From the NCBI RefSeq assembly GCF_963921235.1, contig NC_086097.1, positions 62,622,001 through 62,686,000 of the forward strand: a DNA stretch of 64,000 nt, read 5' to 3'. The translations under genes and the position numbers were made by a program. This document shows, in pieces, positions 11,370 through 25,589 of the stretch. The number at the start of each line of letters is the position of its first letter. The stretch's first letter is position 1. This DNA comes from Mobula hypostoma. Lineage: Eukaryota. The notes beneath the pieces were generated by a model. It did no database searches, was not told the DNA's origin, and saw only the letters and a program-made list of their open reading frames with translations.

Positions 11370-12122
11370 TTTATTTGTTGCATGTACATTAAAATAGACG
11401 TGAAATGCATTACTTGCATCAAATCAAATCAGTGAGGAATGTAATGCACTCAAAATGCAGGCCAGGCAGCATCTATGGACAAGTGTAAACAGTTGACATT
11501 TCTGGCCTAGAATAATGCTGGCCAGGCTGCAAGTGCTGTTATGTTTCTGGTGCCAACTGTCACAACTACGGATTTGGCAGCGTAGCACATACGACAATTG
11601 TGCTTGTGAATCTGCACGTGTCAGCTAATTATCATTTCATTACGATAGCATTTAACTCCATTCCTTCCTTCGTAGTGTTGGCCGAGACCAGAGCACAACA
11701 ACAATGCTTCACTTCCTGCTTACATTCGGCCTTGCCTGAGTAACTAGCGGTATTCATTTTATATTTAGCTATTCCTTTCAGTCACAGTGTCGACTTCATT
11801 TTCCATTTGAGAGTTTTAGTTAACAGCCCTGTTTGATGAAGCGTTTATTGTATTCTTTTCCCTTTAACACCGTTCACATTAAAGTCTGTGAACTTCAGTG
11901 TCTCTCACTCTGCACTTAGCCATACTTGAACCGGGTGACACCAACATAGCATGCCCATAACTCTCTAACCATAACCATACATCTTTGGAATGTGGGAGGA
12001 AAGCGGAAACACATAAGGTCACGGGAAAATCCTTCCAGACAGCAGTGGGAATTGAACTCCAATCAATTTCACTCAGCTGAGACTGGAACACGTTGCTCCA
12101 ACCATGACGCTATCCTGCCACC
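11370..12122 (-). mobile_element. Degraded V-SINE-like element interrupted by a solo LTR
   Basis: CTTTGGAATGTGGGAGGAAAGCGGA core and tRNA-like head remnant (GGGAATTGAACTCC) at about 12045-12120. Confidence 0.5.
11558..11940 (+). mobile_element. Solo LTR (383 bp)
   Basis: TGTCAC...GTGACA termini, perfect 5-bp TSD CCAAC (11553-11557, 11941-11945), ATTAAA at about 11878. Confidence 0.9.
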
Positions 12123-12341
12123 CTACATCAGACTAATCACGTCTAGCAGTTAACTCTGAGGGTTTCAGTCATCGCTAAGACGGGAGCAATGTTGGGTTAA
12201 TGATGAAGAACAGGGCAATCTCACTGATCATCTGAGTATGAGGCCCAAAATCTAACACATTAAATGTAATAACAAGTTTATAAAGACTATGGCTCAGTCA
12301 GACCGGGGTAAATATGTACAAGACAAGCTAATGGAGCTTGG

Positions 12342-12517
12342 ACATGAGGAATTCTGCAGATGCTGGAAATTCAAGCAACACACATCAAAGTTGCTGGTGA
12401 ACGCAGCAGGCCAGGCAGCATCTCTAGGAAGAGGTACAGTCAACGTTTCGGGCTGAGACCCTTCTTCCTAGAGATGCTGCCTGGCCTGCTGCGTTCACCA
12501 GCAACGTTGATGTGTGT
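12342..12517. mobile_element. Hairpin insertion of inverted Penelope termini
   Basis: Inverted arms identical in type to the Penelope 3' end at 33895-33997; 13-bp TSD TAATGGAGCTTGG (12329-12341, 12518-12530). Confidence 0.85.
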
Positions 12518-12829
12518 TAATGGAGCTTGGTACAGGAACAACACAGCACAGAAATGCTATATATCCAGTATTTAATATTGGACAAGCAATCTGATCATTT
12601 AGAACCATTGATAATTTTGCTCGTAGTCATAATGAGCTTATGCCGAACTTACATGTGGAAGCAACACTTGGGTGAGAAATCAGAAGATGAAAGACCGGAA
12701 AAACATACTTGTTTGATAATTTCTGACTGCGAGTTAACAATAGAAGCTCATGAGTGTAGTCCTATCAGCTGGACAACTATAAAGCTAATGATTGTTAAAG
12801 GAGATGAAAACATTTTCATTAAAGGACTC

Positions 12830-14480
12830 AGTAGGATATTGATCATTTGGAAATTTGGGCAGAGAAATGCCAGATGCAGATTAATTCAGACAAGTTTGAT
12901 ATGGTGCACTTTGGGAGGTCAAATGCAAGAGGAAAGCAAATGTAAAAGGAAGACCCTTGGGAGCACTAACGTACAGAGGGATCTTGGTGTGCAAGCCCAT
13001 AGTTCCCAGAAAGTGGAAGCACAACTGGATAAGGAAGGTTAAAAAATATCAAAGATGATTCAGTGTAAATGTATTATCAAAGTACATAGATGTCACCATA
13101 TACAACCCTGAGATTCATTTTCTTGAAGACATACTCAAAAAATCATTAACTTAATAATAATCATAATTGAATCAATGAAAACCCCACCAACTTGGTCATT
13201 CAACCAGTATAAAAGACAAAAAATGTGCAAATACAAAAGATAAAAAAGAAATAATAATAAATACATAAGCAGTAAATATCAAGAACATAAAGTGTCGTTG
13301 AACATGAGTCCATAGGTTCTGGGAACATTTCAATGATGGGGCAAGTGAAGCTGAGTGAAGTTTTCCATTTTGGTTCAAGAGCCTAATGATTGAGGAGTAG
13401 TAACTGTTCCTGAACTGGTGGTGTGAGCCCTGAGGCTGCTCTACCTTTTTCCAGACGGCAGTGGTGAGAAGAACATGTGCTGGGTGATTGAGGTCGCTGA
13501 TGATGGATGCCACTTTACTACAACAAGGTTTCATGCAGATGTGCTCAGTGGTGGGGAAGGCACTGACTGGCGTCTGCAAGTGAGGAAATCAAGGCTCCAA
13601 AGATATTAAGGTCAAGGCCTTGAAGCTTATTGATTAGAGGGGATGTACTGAATGCTGAGCTATAATCGATAAAGAGCACCCTGATGCATGCATCTTTGCT
13701 GTCCTGATGTTCCAGGGTTGAGCGAAGAGCCAGTGAGATGTCTGCTGTGGACTTGTTGCTCCAGTAGGCAACTGGAGTGGATCCAAGTTGTTTCTCAGGC
13801 AGGAGCTGATATATTTCATCACCACCCTTTCAAAACACTTCAGCCCTGTGGATGTAAGTGCTACTGGATGATAGTCATTGAAGAAATGTACGCATGCTTG
13901 CCTTCAGTCAGGACACGGAGCATTAGGGTGCAAGTTATGTATAACTGTTTAAAAATTTGGTTAGACCACACTTGAAGTTTTATGTTGAGTTCTAGCTGCC
14001 ACATTATAGAAAGGGCATGGAGGTTTTGGAGAGGTTGGAGAGGAGGTTCACCAGAATTGGATTAGACAGTATTGGTTATAGAGAGATGGTAGACAAGCTT
14101 GGGTTTTTTGGTCTGGAGCAAAGCCTGCCATGTGACCTGATAAACACAAAGAAAATGCAGAGATGGGGTAGACAGAGTCTTTTTCCAACAGTTCCAAGTA
14201 CCAACGAGCACTGGCATAAAGTGAGAAAGGGGAAGTTTTGAGGGTGATGTACAATGCAAGTTTATTTTTTTAGAAACAGAGTGGTAGGGGCCTGGAATGT
14301 GTTGCTAAGGGGGTAATAGAAGCAGATGTGTTAGCAATATTAAACAGGCATTTAGACGCACAACCAGGTGCAGAACAAAGGGATACAGACTATATATTTG
14401 CAGATGAGATTAGTTAAATTGGCATCATGGTCATTATGAGCTGAGGGACCTGTTCCTATGCTCACTGATCTATGTTTGTA
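12830..14480 (+). mobile_element. Old CR1 3' fragment split by a nested minus-strand Rex1/Babar-like fragment (about 13045-13880)
   Basis: CR1 homology breaks after GGTTAAAA (about 13045) and resumes at ATGCTTGCCTTC (about 13893). The insert carries LRNNLDPLQ-like RT remnants. Confidence 0.7.
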
Positions 14481-15044
14481 GGTTGCTCTGTATTATTTGT
14501 GCCAGGAAAGAGGCAAATGCTTTGTGAAATTAAGAGTGGAATTACTTTCTGAAGCAATATCTAGACCCTGACCTGCTTCTTTAGCCATAATACTTCTGTA
14601 CTACTGTGATTAATTTTCTAGTCACTAACGAATCCCCAAGATGAAAGGATATTTGAAATGGTAATGCCATTGAATCTCAAACAGAAGTGACTGTAACACC
14701 TGCTGAAGAAGGTCAACATTTGGCACCTGCATGATGAAAATTATATTTAGCTACAATAAGCAGGTCCACTTTGGTCATTCAGTGACTGCCATTTTATTAG
14801 ATTACCCACAAAAGGTAGACATGTAAATATTAGATCAGGGAAAATTAGACAGCAACTCCAGAGCAGCTGAATTTTTCTTAGTTTTTCTGGTAGATTTCCC
14901 CTGAGCTCCATCTGTAGTCTCCAATTGTAATTTCCCATCTTTGAGAACAAAAAGGAGTCAATAGGAAATCCCAACAGAAATTATTATGTAGTGAACTCTC
15001 CACTCTCTGGAATGTCTGCATGATAGCAAGTGATGGAAAGTCAT

Positions 15045-15545
15045 CTCATATGGTACAGAGGAGGTTCGCCAGGTTGATTCCAGAGATGAGGGGGTTAGAC
15101 CATGAGAAGGGATTGAGTCGCCTGGGACTGTACTCGCTGGAATTCAGGAGAATGAGAGGAGATCTTATAGAAACATATAAATTATAAAAGGGTTAGATAA
15201 GCTAGAGGCAGGAAAGTTGTTTCCACTGGTGGGTGAGACCAGAACTAGGGGACATAGCCTGAAGATTTGGGGGAGTAATTTAGGATGGAGAAAAGGAGGA
15301 ATTTCTTTTCCCAGAGAATGGTGAATCTGTAGAATTCTCTGCCCAGTGAAGCAACAGAGGCTACTTCAGTAAATATATTTAAGACAAGGTTGGATAGATT
15401 TTTGCATAGTAGGGGAATTAAGGGTTATGGGGAAAAGGCCGGCAGGTGCAGATGGGTCCATGGCCAGATCAGCCATGACCTTATTGAATGGCAGAGCAGG
15501 GTCGATGGGCCAGATGGCCTACTCCTGCTCCTATTTCTTATGTGA
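15045..15545 (+). mobile_element. CR1 3' fragment
   Basis: GTACAGAGGAGGTTC...GGCCTACTCCTGCTCCTATTTCTTATG. Confidence 0.9.
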
Positions 15546-16203
15546 ACTCAATTCCACGCTTACTTGTTATTGAACTCAATACTTTCTTGGAATGAGAGAT
15601 GGCACTCAGTGATTGTGTCTTTGTTACATAGATGGCCTTTGAGGAGTTGCAATTACATTTATATGCCCACTTTAGAATGATTTTGGTGTGACATGACAAC
15701 TTCACCTTTAGATCCTCACCTGCAGTGGGAGTAAGTTGTGGTGCAAAGTGTTTTTCATTGGTTAAATCTCAGGCTAGTCTCATCTATTCTGGGCACCATG
15801 ATTTAGGCACTCCAAGGGCCTCAGAGAAGGTGCAGTCCAAAGTACTGTATCAGCGTTAGCAATTCAGACTGGAGTAACTGGAACCAGTCTCCTAAAAAAG
15901 AATAGGTTAAGAATACATTTGCTGGAAGTTTCTCGAGGTTCTGATAAAGAAGGTAAAGTATTTTTGCATGAATGCTGGTAACACCCTTGGAAGTCTGATT
16001 TAGTAATTCTCTTGCTTCTGAGTACAAATATTTGTATTGCAATTTCGCCTGCAGAGATTTAAGCACAATTCTATAGCTTGATTCTCCAGTGTTACATACC
16101 CACATACAAATTAGGAGCAAAATAGAAGGTCAGTCAGCCCTTTAACCTGTTCTTCTAGTTTATAAGATGAAAGCTAATTTGATTGTGACCTTAATACTGT
16201 ACT

Positions 16204-16752
16204 ATACACACAGTGGTCACTTCATTAGATAACTGCTGTACCTAATAAAGTGGCCATTGAGAGTATGTTTATGGTCTTCTGCTGCTGTAGGCCATTCACT
16301 TCAAGTTATATGCTCAGAGATGTTCTTCTGCCCTCTGTTGTTATAATGCATAGTTTTTTAAGTTACCATCACCTTCCTGTCAACTGGAAGCAGTACGGCC
16401 ATTCTCCACTGACCTTTCTCATTAACCAGGCATTTTTGTCCAGAGAAGCGCTGCTCACAGGATATTCTTTTTTCTTGTTTGTTTGTTTCCTGCTCCATTG
16501 TAAACTCCTGAGACTGTTGTGCATGAAAACCCCAGGAGACCAGCAGTTTCTGAAATACTCAGACCACACTGTCTGGAACCAACATTTTTCCCATGGCCAA
16601 AGACATTTAGAACACATCCCTTCCCATTCTGTCAAACTTCTTGACCATATCCGCATGTTTTTATCCATGAGTTGCTGCCACATGATTGGCTGATTAGATA
16701 TTTGTACTAATGCGGTGTACAGGTGTACTTAGTAAAGTAGCCTCTGACTGTA
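16204..16752 (-). mobile_element. Tc1-like deletion derivative
   Basis: Degenerate TIRs (TACACACAGTGGTCACTTCATTAG / CTTAGTAAAGTAGCCTCTGACTGTA). The minus strand retains LSISETAGLLGFSCTTVSGVY, a Tc1 transposase N-terminal HTH. Confidence 0.7.
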
Positions 16753-16899
16753 GATGAGCAGTTAATCTGTGTCCTCATCTACTTAACTTAGGGAGATGAA
16801 TAAATACCAATGGCACAATTTTGAAGGCGAGCTTCGGTAATTAAACCTTGTTCTGGTCAATATCCATCTCTCAAGCTCATTTCTGAGACAGTGACTAAA

Positions 16900-18935
16900 A
16901 CACCCTCACCTTTAGCATAATCTTTGACAGAGATAAAAGACTGTATGGGAAAATATTTATTCCGGTGTGGGTGAATTATAATACTATGAGGCAGGAACTT
17001 GAAATTGTAAATTGTGAACATATGTCCTCAGGAAATGTACAACATAGAGGTTGTTTGAGCAGCACTTGCATGATATTCTGGATAGGTTGTCCCATTGAGG
17101 CAGAGAAAGAATGGCAGGTTGAAGGTACCATAGTTAACAAGAGAAGTGGAATATTTAGTCAAGAGAAAGAAAGGAGCAAGGATCATACAGGGATCTTGAA
17201 AGTTATAAGATAGCCAAGAAGAAATTTAAGAATGGATTTAGGAGAGCTGGAAGGAACCATAAGGCCATGTTGAGCAGGATTAAGGAAAACCAAAAAGCAT
17301 TCTACATGTACGTGAAGAGTAGAAGGATGACTAGAGAGTAAGACTGATCAGGAATAGTAGAGGAAACCTACGCCTGGAGTCAGAGGAGGTAGGGCAGTCC
17401 TTAATAAATGCTTTGCTTCAGTATTCACTAATGAGATGGACCTTGATAAACGTGAGGTCAGTGTAGAACAGGCAAGTGTGCTGGAACATGTCAAGGTTAA
17501 AGAGGAAGATATGCAGGAACTTTTGAAAATCATTAGGATAGGTAAATTCCCTGGGCCAGGCAGGATATACTTCATTATTACAAGAAATGACTGAAGAGAT
17601 TTTAGTGCCTTTGGCAATGATTTTTATATCATTTTGGGCCAGAGAAGTAGAACCAGAAGATTGGAGGGTGGCAAATGTGATTCCTTTGTTCAGGAAAAGT
17701 AATAAGGATAAACCTGGAATTATAGAGCAGTAAATCTTATGTCAGTGATTGACAAACGACCGGAGAGGATTCTTTGAAACAGGATTTATGAGCATTTGGA
17801 GAAGCACAGTCTGATTAGAAATAGTCAGTATAGCCTTGTGAGCTGCAGGGCATACTTCACGAGCTTGATTGACTTCCTCAAGGAAGTAACAAAGCAAACT
17901 CAGTCAGGTATAGTAGTGGATGTGGTGTATATGGATCTCAGTAAGGTACCTGACAAGGTTCCCCATGGTAGGTTCATTCAGAAAGCCAAAAATGATCCAA
18001 GGAAACTTGGCTATCTGGATACAGATTTGGCTTGCCCACAGAAGGCAGAGGGTGGTACTATCTGGAGTTTATTCTGCCAGGAGGTCCATGACTAAAGATG
18101 TTTTTCAGGGATATTTATAAATAACTTAGGCGAGGAAGTGGAAGGGTAAGTTTGAAGATGACATGAAGGTTAGTAATGTTGTGGATTATGTAGAAAGTTG
18201 TTGTAGGTTACTATAGTATATTGATAGGTTGCAGAGCTGGGCTGAGAAGATGGAGTTCAATCAGAAAAAGTATGAAGTGACACACTTTGAAAAGTTAAAT
18301 TTGAAAACGGAGTACAAGGATAATGAGAGGATTTTTAGCAGTGCAGAGGAACAGAGGGATCATGAGGTGCACGTCCAGAGATCACCCAAAGTTAATAGGG
18401 CAGTTATGAAGGTACATGGTATGTCTGCTTTCATTAGTCAGAGGATTAACTTCAAGAACCACAAGGTAATATTTCAGCTCCATGAAACTCCAGTTGGATC
18501 ACACTTGGACTATAGTGTTCAGTTCTGGTTGCCTCATTATAGGAAGGATATGGAACCTTTAAAGAGGGTGCAGAGAAGATTTGCCAAGATGTTATCTTAA
18601 TTAGAGAGCACATCTTATGAGTAACGATTGATTGACCTGGGGTTTTTCTCTTTGGAACGGAGTAGGATGAAAGACCAGCCATTTGTTTTTCCCAAGGGTG
18701 ACAGTGGCTATTACATGAGGCAATCGTTTTAAGGTAATTGGAGGAAAATATAGAGGGAATATCAGCCAGAGGTAGTGGTAGAGGCAGATACATTAAGGAA
18801 ATTTAAGAGACTCTTAGATAGGCACGTGAATGAAAGAGAAATGAGGGGCTATGTCGGAGGGAAGAATTAGATCTTGAAGTATGTTGAAGGCTCAGAACAG
18901 CATCATGGTCCGAAGGACCTGCACTGTTTTATGAG
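16900..18935 (+). mobile_element. Old, heavily mutated CR1 ORF2 remnant
   Basis: Fragments such as VDVVYMDLSKVPDKVPHGR and HLDYSVQFWLPHYRKD, with many stops. Confidence 0.85.
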
Positions 18936-20074
18936 CTATGCAGCAGATAACTCCATCATTATGGGAGCTTCTAAAACCCAAAATACTTGGACACTTCCAG
19001 CAGTAGAACAGTGATTCCACTGTGGCTGTAAAAAACACCTGAAAAGAAGCTTGGAAAGTGCCATTCTTTTTTTCACCTTCATCCGATCCTTGGCTTGGTT
19101 TGAGTTGGGACTGGTTCCAGCGTTGAAAGAGTTGGTAACAAAAAGAGTTAAATGCTGAATTAAGGTGGTTAATAAAAGAGCCAGGGGTGATTTGAAGAAA
19201 CATCTTTGGTACACCATGTAAATGCCATGCGTGTTGGAAAAGGCAGTGTGAGCAAGCTAAATTGTAATATCAGAAGATATTTGCAAAAGATGATGAGGAA
19301 TGAAGAGTGGAATTAATTGAGTAGTTTTACCAAAGGGGTTTCCATGTCCTAAAAGGTCTGAATGGCCTCTGCCTGATCAACCACATTCAATGATCCTACA
19401 TCAAGCCAAGTTGAAAGAGCTATAGCTGCCCTTCACTGTGATGTTGGCATGTAATAAATACAACATCAGCTGGAAGAGAAGTAATAAACAGAATAGAGTG
19501 ACACTCCATTATCAGCAATATTACCACTTTGGTTCACACTCATCTTGAAACCTTCAGCAATAATCTTCAATTTCTTTGCTTATGAAAAAGCCCACTGAAT
19601 GGTCTTCAAAAGATCTGTAAAAACCTTGCAGTCATGAGGTACTTAATCTCTAACTGCACAATGACAGATTCACCTGTCATGACAGTTATGCTACTCCAAA
19701 CAGTCTCAGGGTTACAATCCTTTTACTAAAGTATACAGTTTATTTCAGGTCAAGTTCACAGCAGAATTCACAGAATGTCAATGATGCAGCATTTGCAATT
19801 TCTGCTGGCAGTTGGTGATAAATGAACAGATGCTTTTCCCATTACATTGATGTTAGTAACAACTTTCAGTCAATTTGCTGAAATTCTTATCAAAAGGCCG
19901 TCAAGTAAAATTGCCTACACTAGATCCTCAAATGTGTTAGCTTTTCCAAAACAGAAATAAAGCACTTTACATACAATTATGGCCTGCCAGGAGTTATACA
20001 TATGCTGTATAATTCTATTGTATAATGTGAAATGTCAGAAATGACAATTATATTTTTGTATAAAAATATTCAAA

Positions 20075-20350
20075 TATTCAAAGTTTAAAGTAAATTTATT
20101 ATCAAAGTACATATTTGTCACTGTATGCTACCCTGAGATTCATTTTCTTGCAGGCATTCACAGTAGAACAAAGAAATACAATAGAACCAATGAAGAATGA
20201 CTAACAACCAATGTGCAAAATCAGGCTCCTGAAACTGTACTGTGAGTCCTAAGGCTTCTGTACCTCCTGACCAATGACAACAGTGAGAAGGGAGCATGGC
20301 CTGGATGGTGGAGATCTTTAATGAACTCCTTGTAGATGTGCTCAACAATT
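20075..20350 (-). mobile_element. Rex1/Babar-like 3' end fragment
   Basis: Similar to 13045-13550 (CCCTGAGATTCATTTTCTTG). Confidence 0.5.
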
Positions 20351-21209
20351 GTACTACAAAATGATTTCCATTCAGATAATGACTTTAATGTCATTATAAA
20401 AAGTTGAGACCATTTGTGAATCTAAAACTAAATAAAAAGCCATTTTAAAGTGTAAATTTAAAACAGGACTTATAGGAGGGTACCAAGGCAGAGAGACAGG
20501 GGAAGGGATTCCTCGCCCTTGGTGCTTTGACAGATGAAAGCATAGTTGACCAAAGAGTTTGGACTCACCTATGAATTCATAAGAATTTTGAGGGATTTTC
20601 TGTAAAAATGACCAGGAGTTTGGTGTTAAGGTTTGCAGAATAGATATAGGAGATCCTCAAGTTCTAGTAAAAGGGGTAAAAAGCCATTGACTGAAAGCTT
20701 TAGCTCTGCATCCTCTCACCATAGATGCTGCCTAACCCACTGTGCATTTGCCAGCGCTCTCCAGTTTTTTTTTGGATTTCAAACATCCACGTTATTTCAT
20801 TTTTGTGCTTAGTGTTTGATCCTAGATTAGCACCCAGCTACGAGCACTGACATCTGCTAAAACTAAGGGGTTATATTTCCAATCCAGGCAGCTGGATTTC
20901 AGACAAGAAATTGCTGGTTTTCAGACAAGTGATTTCCAACTTTAATCAGCAGCTAGATTAAAATTACAATCTGAGAATTTTCAGAAGGAATAAAGTTTAA
21001 TCAATTGCTGGTATTTTAACTGCTCAGCTTCCTTTCAGGATGGTAGGCATATAATTGGGAGCTATAATTTTCTCCAGGCCATATTTTATTTTATTAGCAC
21101 AGTCATTACTATATTCTGCAAGAGAGAATACTGGAAGAAACACTAAAAGTAAATAGTTCAGATTATTTTTAAAAAATGTCACATATGAAATCTGCAATAA
21201 AAGGGCAGG

Positions 21210-21460
21210 TCTATCATATATTTAATATTTCAGAAATATTTCAATAATATTGTAAATATATTGTTTGATTAAGCATTCTCTGTTTGCTTAAATAATTAGT
21301 TAGGGGTTATATGTAAAGGTTTATGAATGGCATATGTCATTATGACACCACGTCATATGTGCATGCCTTGCTAAAATTAAAAATGAAACATGACACGATA
21401 TCCCCAGCCTTATGTTTTTATTTCAATTAGTTTTATGCTTTGGATTTACAAAACATAACG
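21210..21460 (+). mobile_element. Degraded solo LTR, same family as 43275-43521
   Basis: Shares ATTTAATATTTCAG, TTGATTAA.CATTC and TTACAAAACATAAC blocks with 43275-43521. Confidence 0.6.
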
Positions 21461-22619
21461 AGCTTCACAGTGTAGTCTGTCTAAAAAAATTCAATTTCAT
21501 TCGTGTCACAGATGCCAAATTTCAGAGCTACCACCAAGAATGAATTTCCGTTAATTCTTAAGAAAATAGTCTGGATGAGGTTTGTGTTGGAGGTGAATTG
21601 CTCACAAGTCATTAAATAAACTCAATTGTGGATAAAATCCACTAAATCTGGAAATATTTCTGAACTATTCTTTCCAATTTTGCCTCTAACGAACAATTAA
21701 ATTGGATAATACATTATTAAAATGAGATTACATCTAATAACACTCTTAATGAGCAACCTGAAGAGCAAAGGCTGTGAGACATATGGATGCCCTCTTGGAA
21801 CATTTTAATATCACCATGGCAGCACTTATTTGTGCTACCTTTCAATAAAATGTAGCTTCAGCTTTTCTAAATTTCCGCTGTCTGTACTACTCTGTTCATT
21901 CAGAATGTTTTGAATGGTCTCAAGTCAACTTTTGTTTGCAGTTTAGTAAATAGCTGCATGTACACCATCACAGGCTTGTCTAGTAGAAACAGTGTGCGAA
22001 TGAATGTTAGCTGGGACATCTAATGAATGTTTCTGCTAAATTTCTTCAGTGACTAATTCATATTTAATTTTTTAAATAAAAACTGGAAATGCTAAAAATA
22101 TTCAACTTCTACGAGAAGATAAACAGTTAACATTTCAGGCAATTATCCTTCTAAAAATCTAATTTCTTCACCTTATTAACTAGGTAACTGAATAATTTTA
22201 TTTGCGTCCATACCATTGACTACAGTGTAGTGAAGGAGGTCTCTTAATGCAGCTGATTAAGAGAATCGTCCGCAGCAGATTCACTTTGTAAAATGTTACA
22301 AGGAATAGTTTCTTTATCACATCTGTTTAAGAGCTGATTATGCAGCTATCTTTATTGATGAGAGATTGGCAAATTGCTTTTTCTTCAACCTTAATATGCA
22401 ACAATAATAAAGTTTTAAAATCTAACAGTGGTATTAAGGCTCCCCATCCTTCTTTAAGTATCTGAAGCAAAATGCAGACTATATAAACAGGTTCACTTAC
22501 TGCCCAGAGTTGTCTTGACAAGTTAATTTGATGTTAAATGTGTTATCAGCCAATCACATCTCAGCAGATCTCAGACTTCCACATGTGTGGTGAAAGGAAG
22601 ACTGAGATGTGCTGCATCA

Positions 22620-24120
22620 TCAGCGGGGATGGGAGAGGTTCCGGAGGATTGGAGGGTTGCAGATGTTGTTCCTTTGTTCAAGAAAGGGAATAGAGGTAGC
22701 CCAGGAAATTATAGACCAGTGAGTCTTACTTCAGTGGTTGGTAGGTTGATGGAGAAGGTCATGAGAGACAGGATTTATGAACATTCGGAGAGGCATAATA
22801 TGATCAGAAATAGTCAGCATAGCTTTGTCAAAGGCAGGTCATGCCTTACGAGCCTGACTGAATTTTCTGAGGATGTGACTAAACACATTGATGAAGGAAG
22901 AGCAGCAGATGTAGTGTATGTGGATTTCAGCACGGCATTTCATAAGGCACCCCATGCAAGGCTTATTGAGAAAGTAAGGAGGCATGGGATGCAAGGGGAA
23001 ATTGTCTTTTGGATCCAGAAATGGCTTGCCTACAGAAGGCAAAGAGTGGTTGTAGACAGGTCATATTCTGCATGGAGGTCGGTGACTAGAGGTGTGCCTC
23101 AGGGATCTGTTCTGGGAGGCCTACTCTTCGTGATTTTTGTAAATGACTTGGATGAGGAAGTATAGGGATGGGTTAGAAAATACACTGATGACACAAATGT
23201 TGGGGGTATTGTGGATAATGTGGAGGGCTGTCAGAGGTCATAGCAGGACATCGATAGGATGCAAAACTGGGCTGAGAAGTGGCAGATGGGATTCAACCCA
23301 GATAAGTGTGAGGTGGTTCATTTTGGTAGGTCAAATATGATGGCAGAATAAAGTGTGGAGGATCAGAGGGATCTTGGGGTCCAAGTCCATAGGACACTCT
23401 AAGCTGCTGCGCAGGTTGACTCTGTGGTTAAGAAGGCATACGATGCACTGGACTTCATCAACCGTGGGATTGAGTTTAAGAGCTGAGAGGTAATGTTGCA
23501 GCTATATAGGCCCCTGGTCAGGCCCCACGTGAAGTATTGTGCTCAGTTCTGTTTGCCTCACTACAGGAAGGATGTGGAAACCATCAATATACTTACTCAA
23601 TAAAAAGATTTAAAAAGAAAAAAAGAAAGAAACCATCAAAAGGGTGCAGAGGAGATTTACAAGGATATTGCCTGGATTGGGGAGCATGCTTTATGAAAAT
23701 AGGTTGAGTGAACTCAGCCTTTTCCGCTTGGAGTGACAGAGGATGAGAGGTGACCTGATAGGTGTGCACAAGATGATGAGAGGCATTGGTTGTGTGGATA
23801 GTCAGAGGCTTTTTCCCAGGGCTGAAATACCTAGACGAGAGGGCACAGTTTTAAGGTGCTTGGAAGTGGGTACAGAGGAGATATCAGGCGTAAGTTTTTT
23901 TTTACGCAGAGAGTGGTAAGTGCATGGAATAGGCTGCCGCCGATGGTGGGTGGAGGTGGATACGATAGGGTCTTTTAAGAGATTCCTGGAAAGGTACATG
24001 GAGCTTAGAAAAATAGAGGGCTATGGGTAAAGCCTAGGTAGTTCTAAGGTAGGGACATGTTCGGCACAGCTTTGTGGGCCGAAGGGTCTGTCTTGTGCTG
24101 TAGGTTTTCTGTGTTCCTGT
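22620..24120 (+). mobile_element. 5'-truncated CR1 (different subfamily), RT to 3' end, with stops
   Basis: VPEDWRVADVVPLFKKG...GVPQGSVLG, with a distinct 3' UTR. Confidence 0.9.
23588..23628 (+). mobile_element. 41-bp retro-insertion (AATAAA + A-rich tail) inside CR1
   Basis: 11-bp TSD GAAACCATCAA at 23577-23587 and 23629-23639. Confidence 0.8.
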
Positions 24121-24226
24121 ATCCTACTGTTTGCTGTTACTGCATTCACCAGAGTCCACCATTCAAGTACCCTACATTTCCTCACGGCTTTTTGTCAGGG
24201 AGGACACCATGGGAACAATCACGTCA

Positions 24227-24655
24227 GTAAGAACATAAGAAATAGGAGAAGGAGAAGGCCATCTGGCATTCAATAAGATCATGGCTGCTCTGGCCCTATC
24301 TACCTTTTTCCCATAACCATTAATTCCCCTACTACGCAAAGGCCTTGTCTTAAATATATTCACTGAGGTAGCCTCCACTGCTTCATAGGGCAGAGAATTC
24401 CACAGACTCAATACTCTTTGGGAAAAGCAGTTCCTCCTCATCTCAAACCTAAATCTACTCCCCCTAATCTTGAGGCTATATCCCCTGGTTCTATTCTCAC
24501 CTGCCAGTGGAACAACCTCCCTGCCTCTATCTTATCTATCCCTTTCATAATTCGATATGTTTCTGTAAGACCTCGTCTCATTCTTCTGAATTCAAGCAAG
24601 TACAGTCCCAGGCAACTTAATCTCTCCTCATAGTCTAACCCCCTCATCGCTGGAT
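24227..24655 (-). mobile_element. CR1 3' fragment
   Basis: GLDYEERLSCLGLYLLEFRRMR; tail TAAGAACATAAGAA on +. Confidence 0.9.
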
Positions 24656-25589
24656 AATCCCTAACATTCAGAATCTTATCCATTTTTATTTCCTCTACAA
24701 GGATACATTTACTAAAGAGCTCAGACTCTCCGCACGACTGTTTGACTACAATCGGAGAAATTTGCTCTGCTGCCTCCATCTCTGTACTTCCCAGTAGGAT
24801 TAGGGAATGATTATTCATTTCCATCGGCATTTCAGTCATACATTTTTCCATTGGCTTTAACCATTTTTGCTTGCAGATTCTTCACTTAATCAATTCATTG
24901 AATATTTTAACGTTACCTGAGTAAATCCAGTTGTATTCTGCTGATACGCAGTATAAACATCCTTCATGGTGCCATCACCAGGTTACTTTATTCTAACAAA
25001 TGTAATGGCTCCACTCCAACCTTGTCTCAGGTTATCTGCTGATCCCCTCATTGTGCCTTTGTCATCACCAGAACTTTGTAAGCTTGAAGCAATTAGGTGC
25101 CGAGGTCTTCGTTCACACTGACTCCTATTCACCAAATTTCCCTGAGATGCATTGGCTCCCAAAGAGGAAAGGTCTGGACTATAAAATCATTGTTCCTGCC
25201 TTAATATCACACAAACAGAAGAAATTGATGCAGAAATGGCCTGCTAGTCTTCTGATCCTTTTCCGTCTTTCAGTAAAACATCTGATCCTAGCCGTACAAT
25301 CTACTTTCCAATCCTCCACATCCCTTATTGTCAAACTAATCACCTCCCAACCTCCTCCACCCTCTTCCCCATGTTGTGGAAGCAGTTCGGCTAGGTTTTT
25401 GAAAAGAATGGGCAAGGTTGTTCTTGGTCCAATCATACTCAGCATCCACTTCCCATGGAATTCCCACAGCCTAACTTATCTTATGTAGCCCTGTGGACCC
25501 TAGTTTTCTGGAACCCAAAGAGCAGCTTTCAGTAGGAGTAATCGCAGACACCCTGAAGGTGTCCATAGCCCATACTTAGTACTACCGCG

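Noticed and set aside
12360..12575. Recurrent peptide MLEIQATHIKVAGERSRP (also at 40588-40797, 52016-52201 and 33710-34033)
   Set aside because: Translation of the non-coding Penelope terminus, not a gene family.
24680..25560. ORF 25051-25488 (145 aa) as a host gene
   Set aside because: Non-ATG start and no motif; the region more likely holds very old minus-strand LINE remnants.
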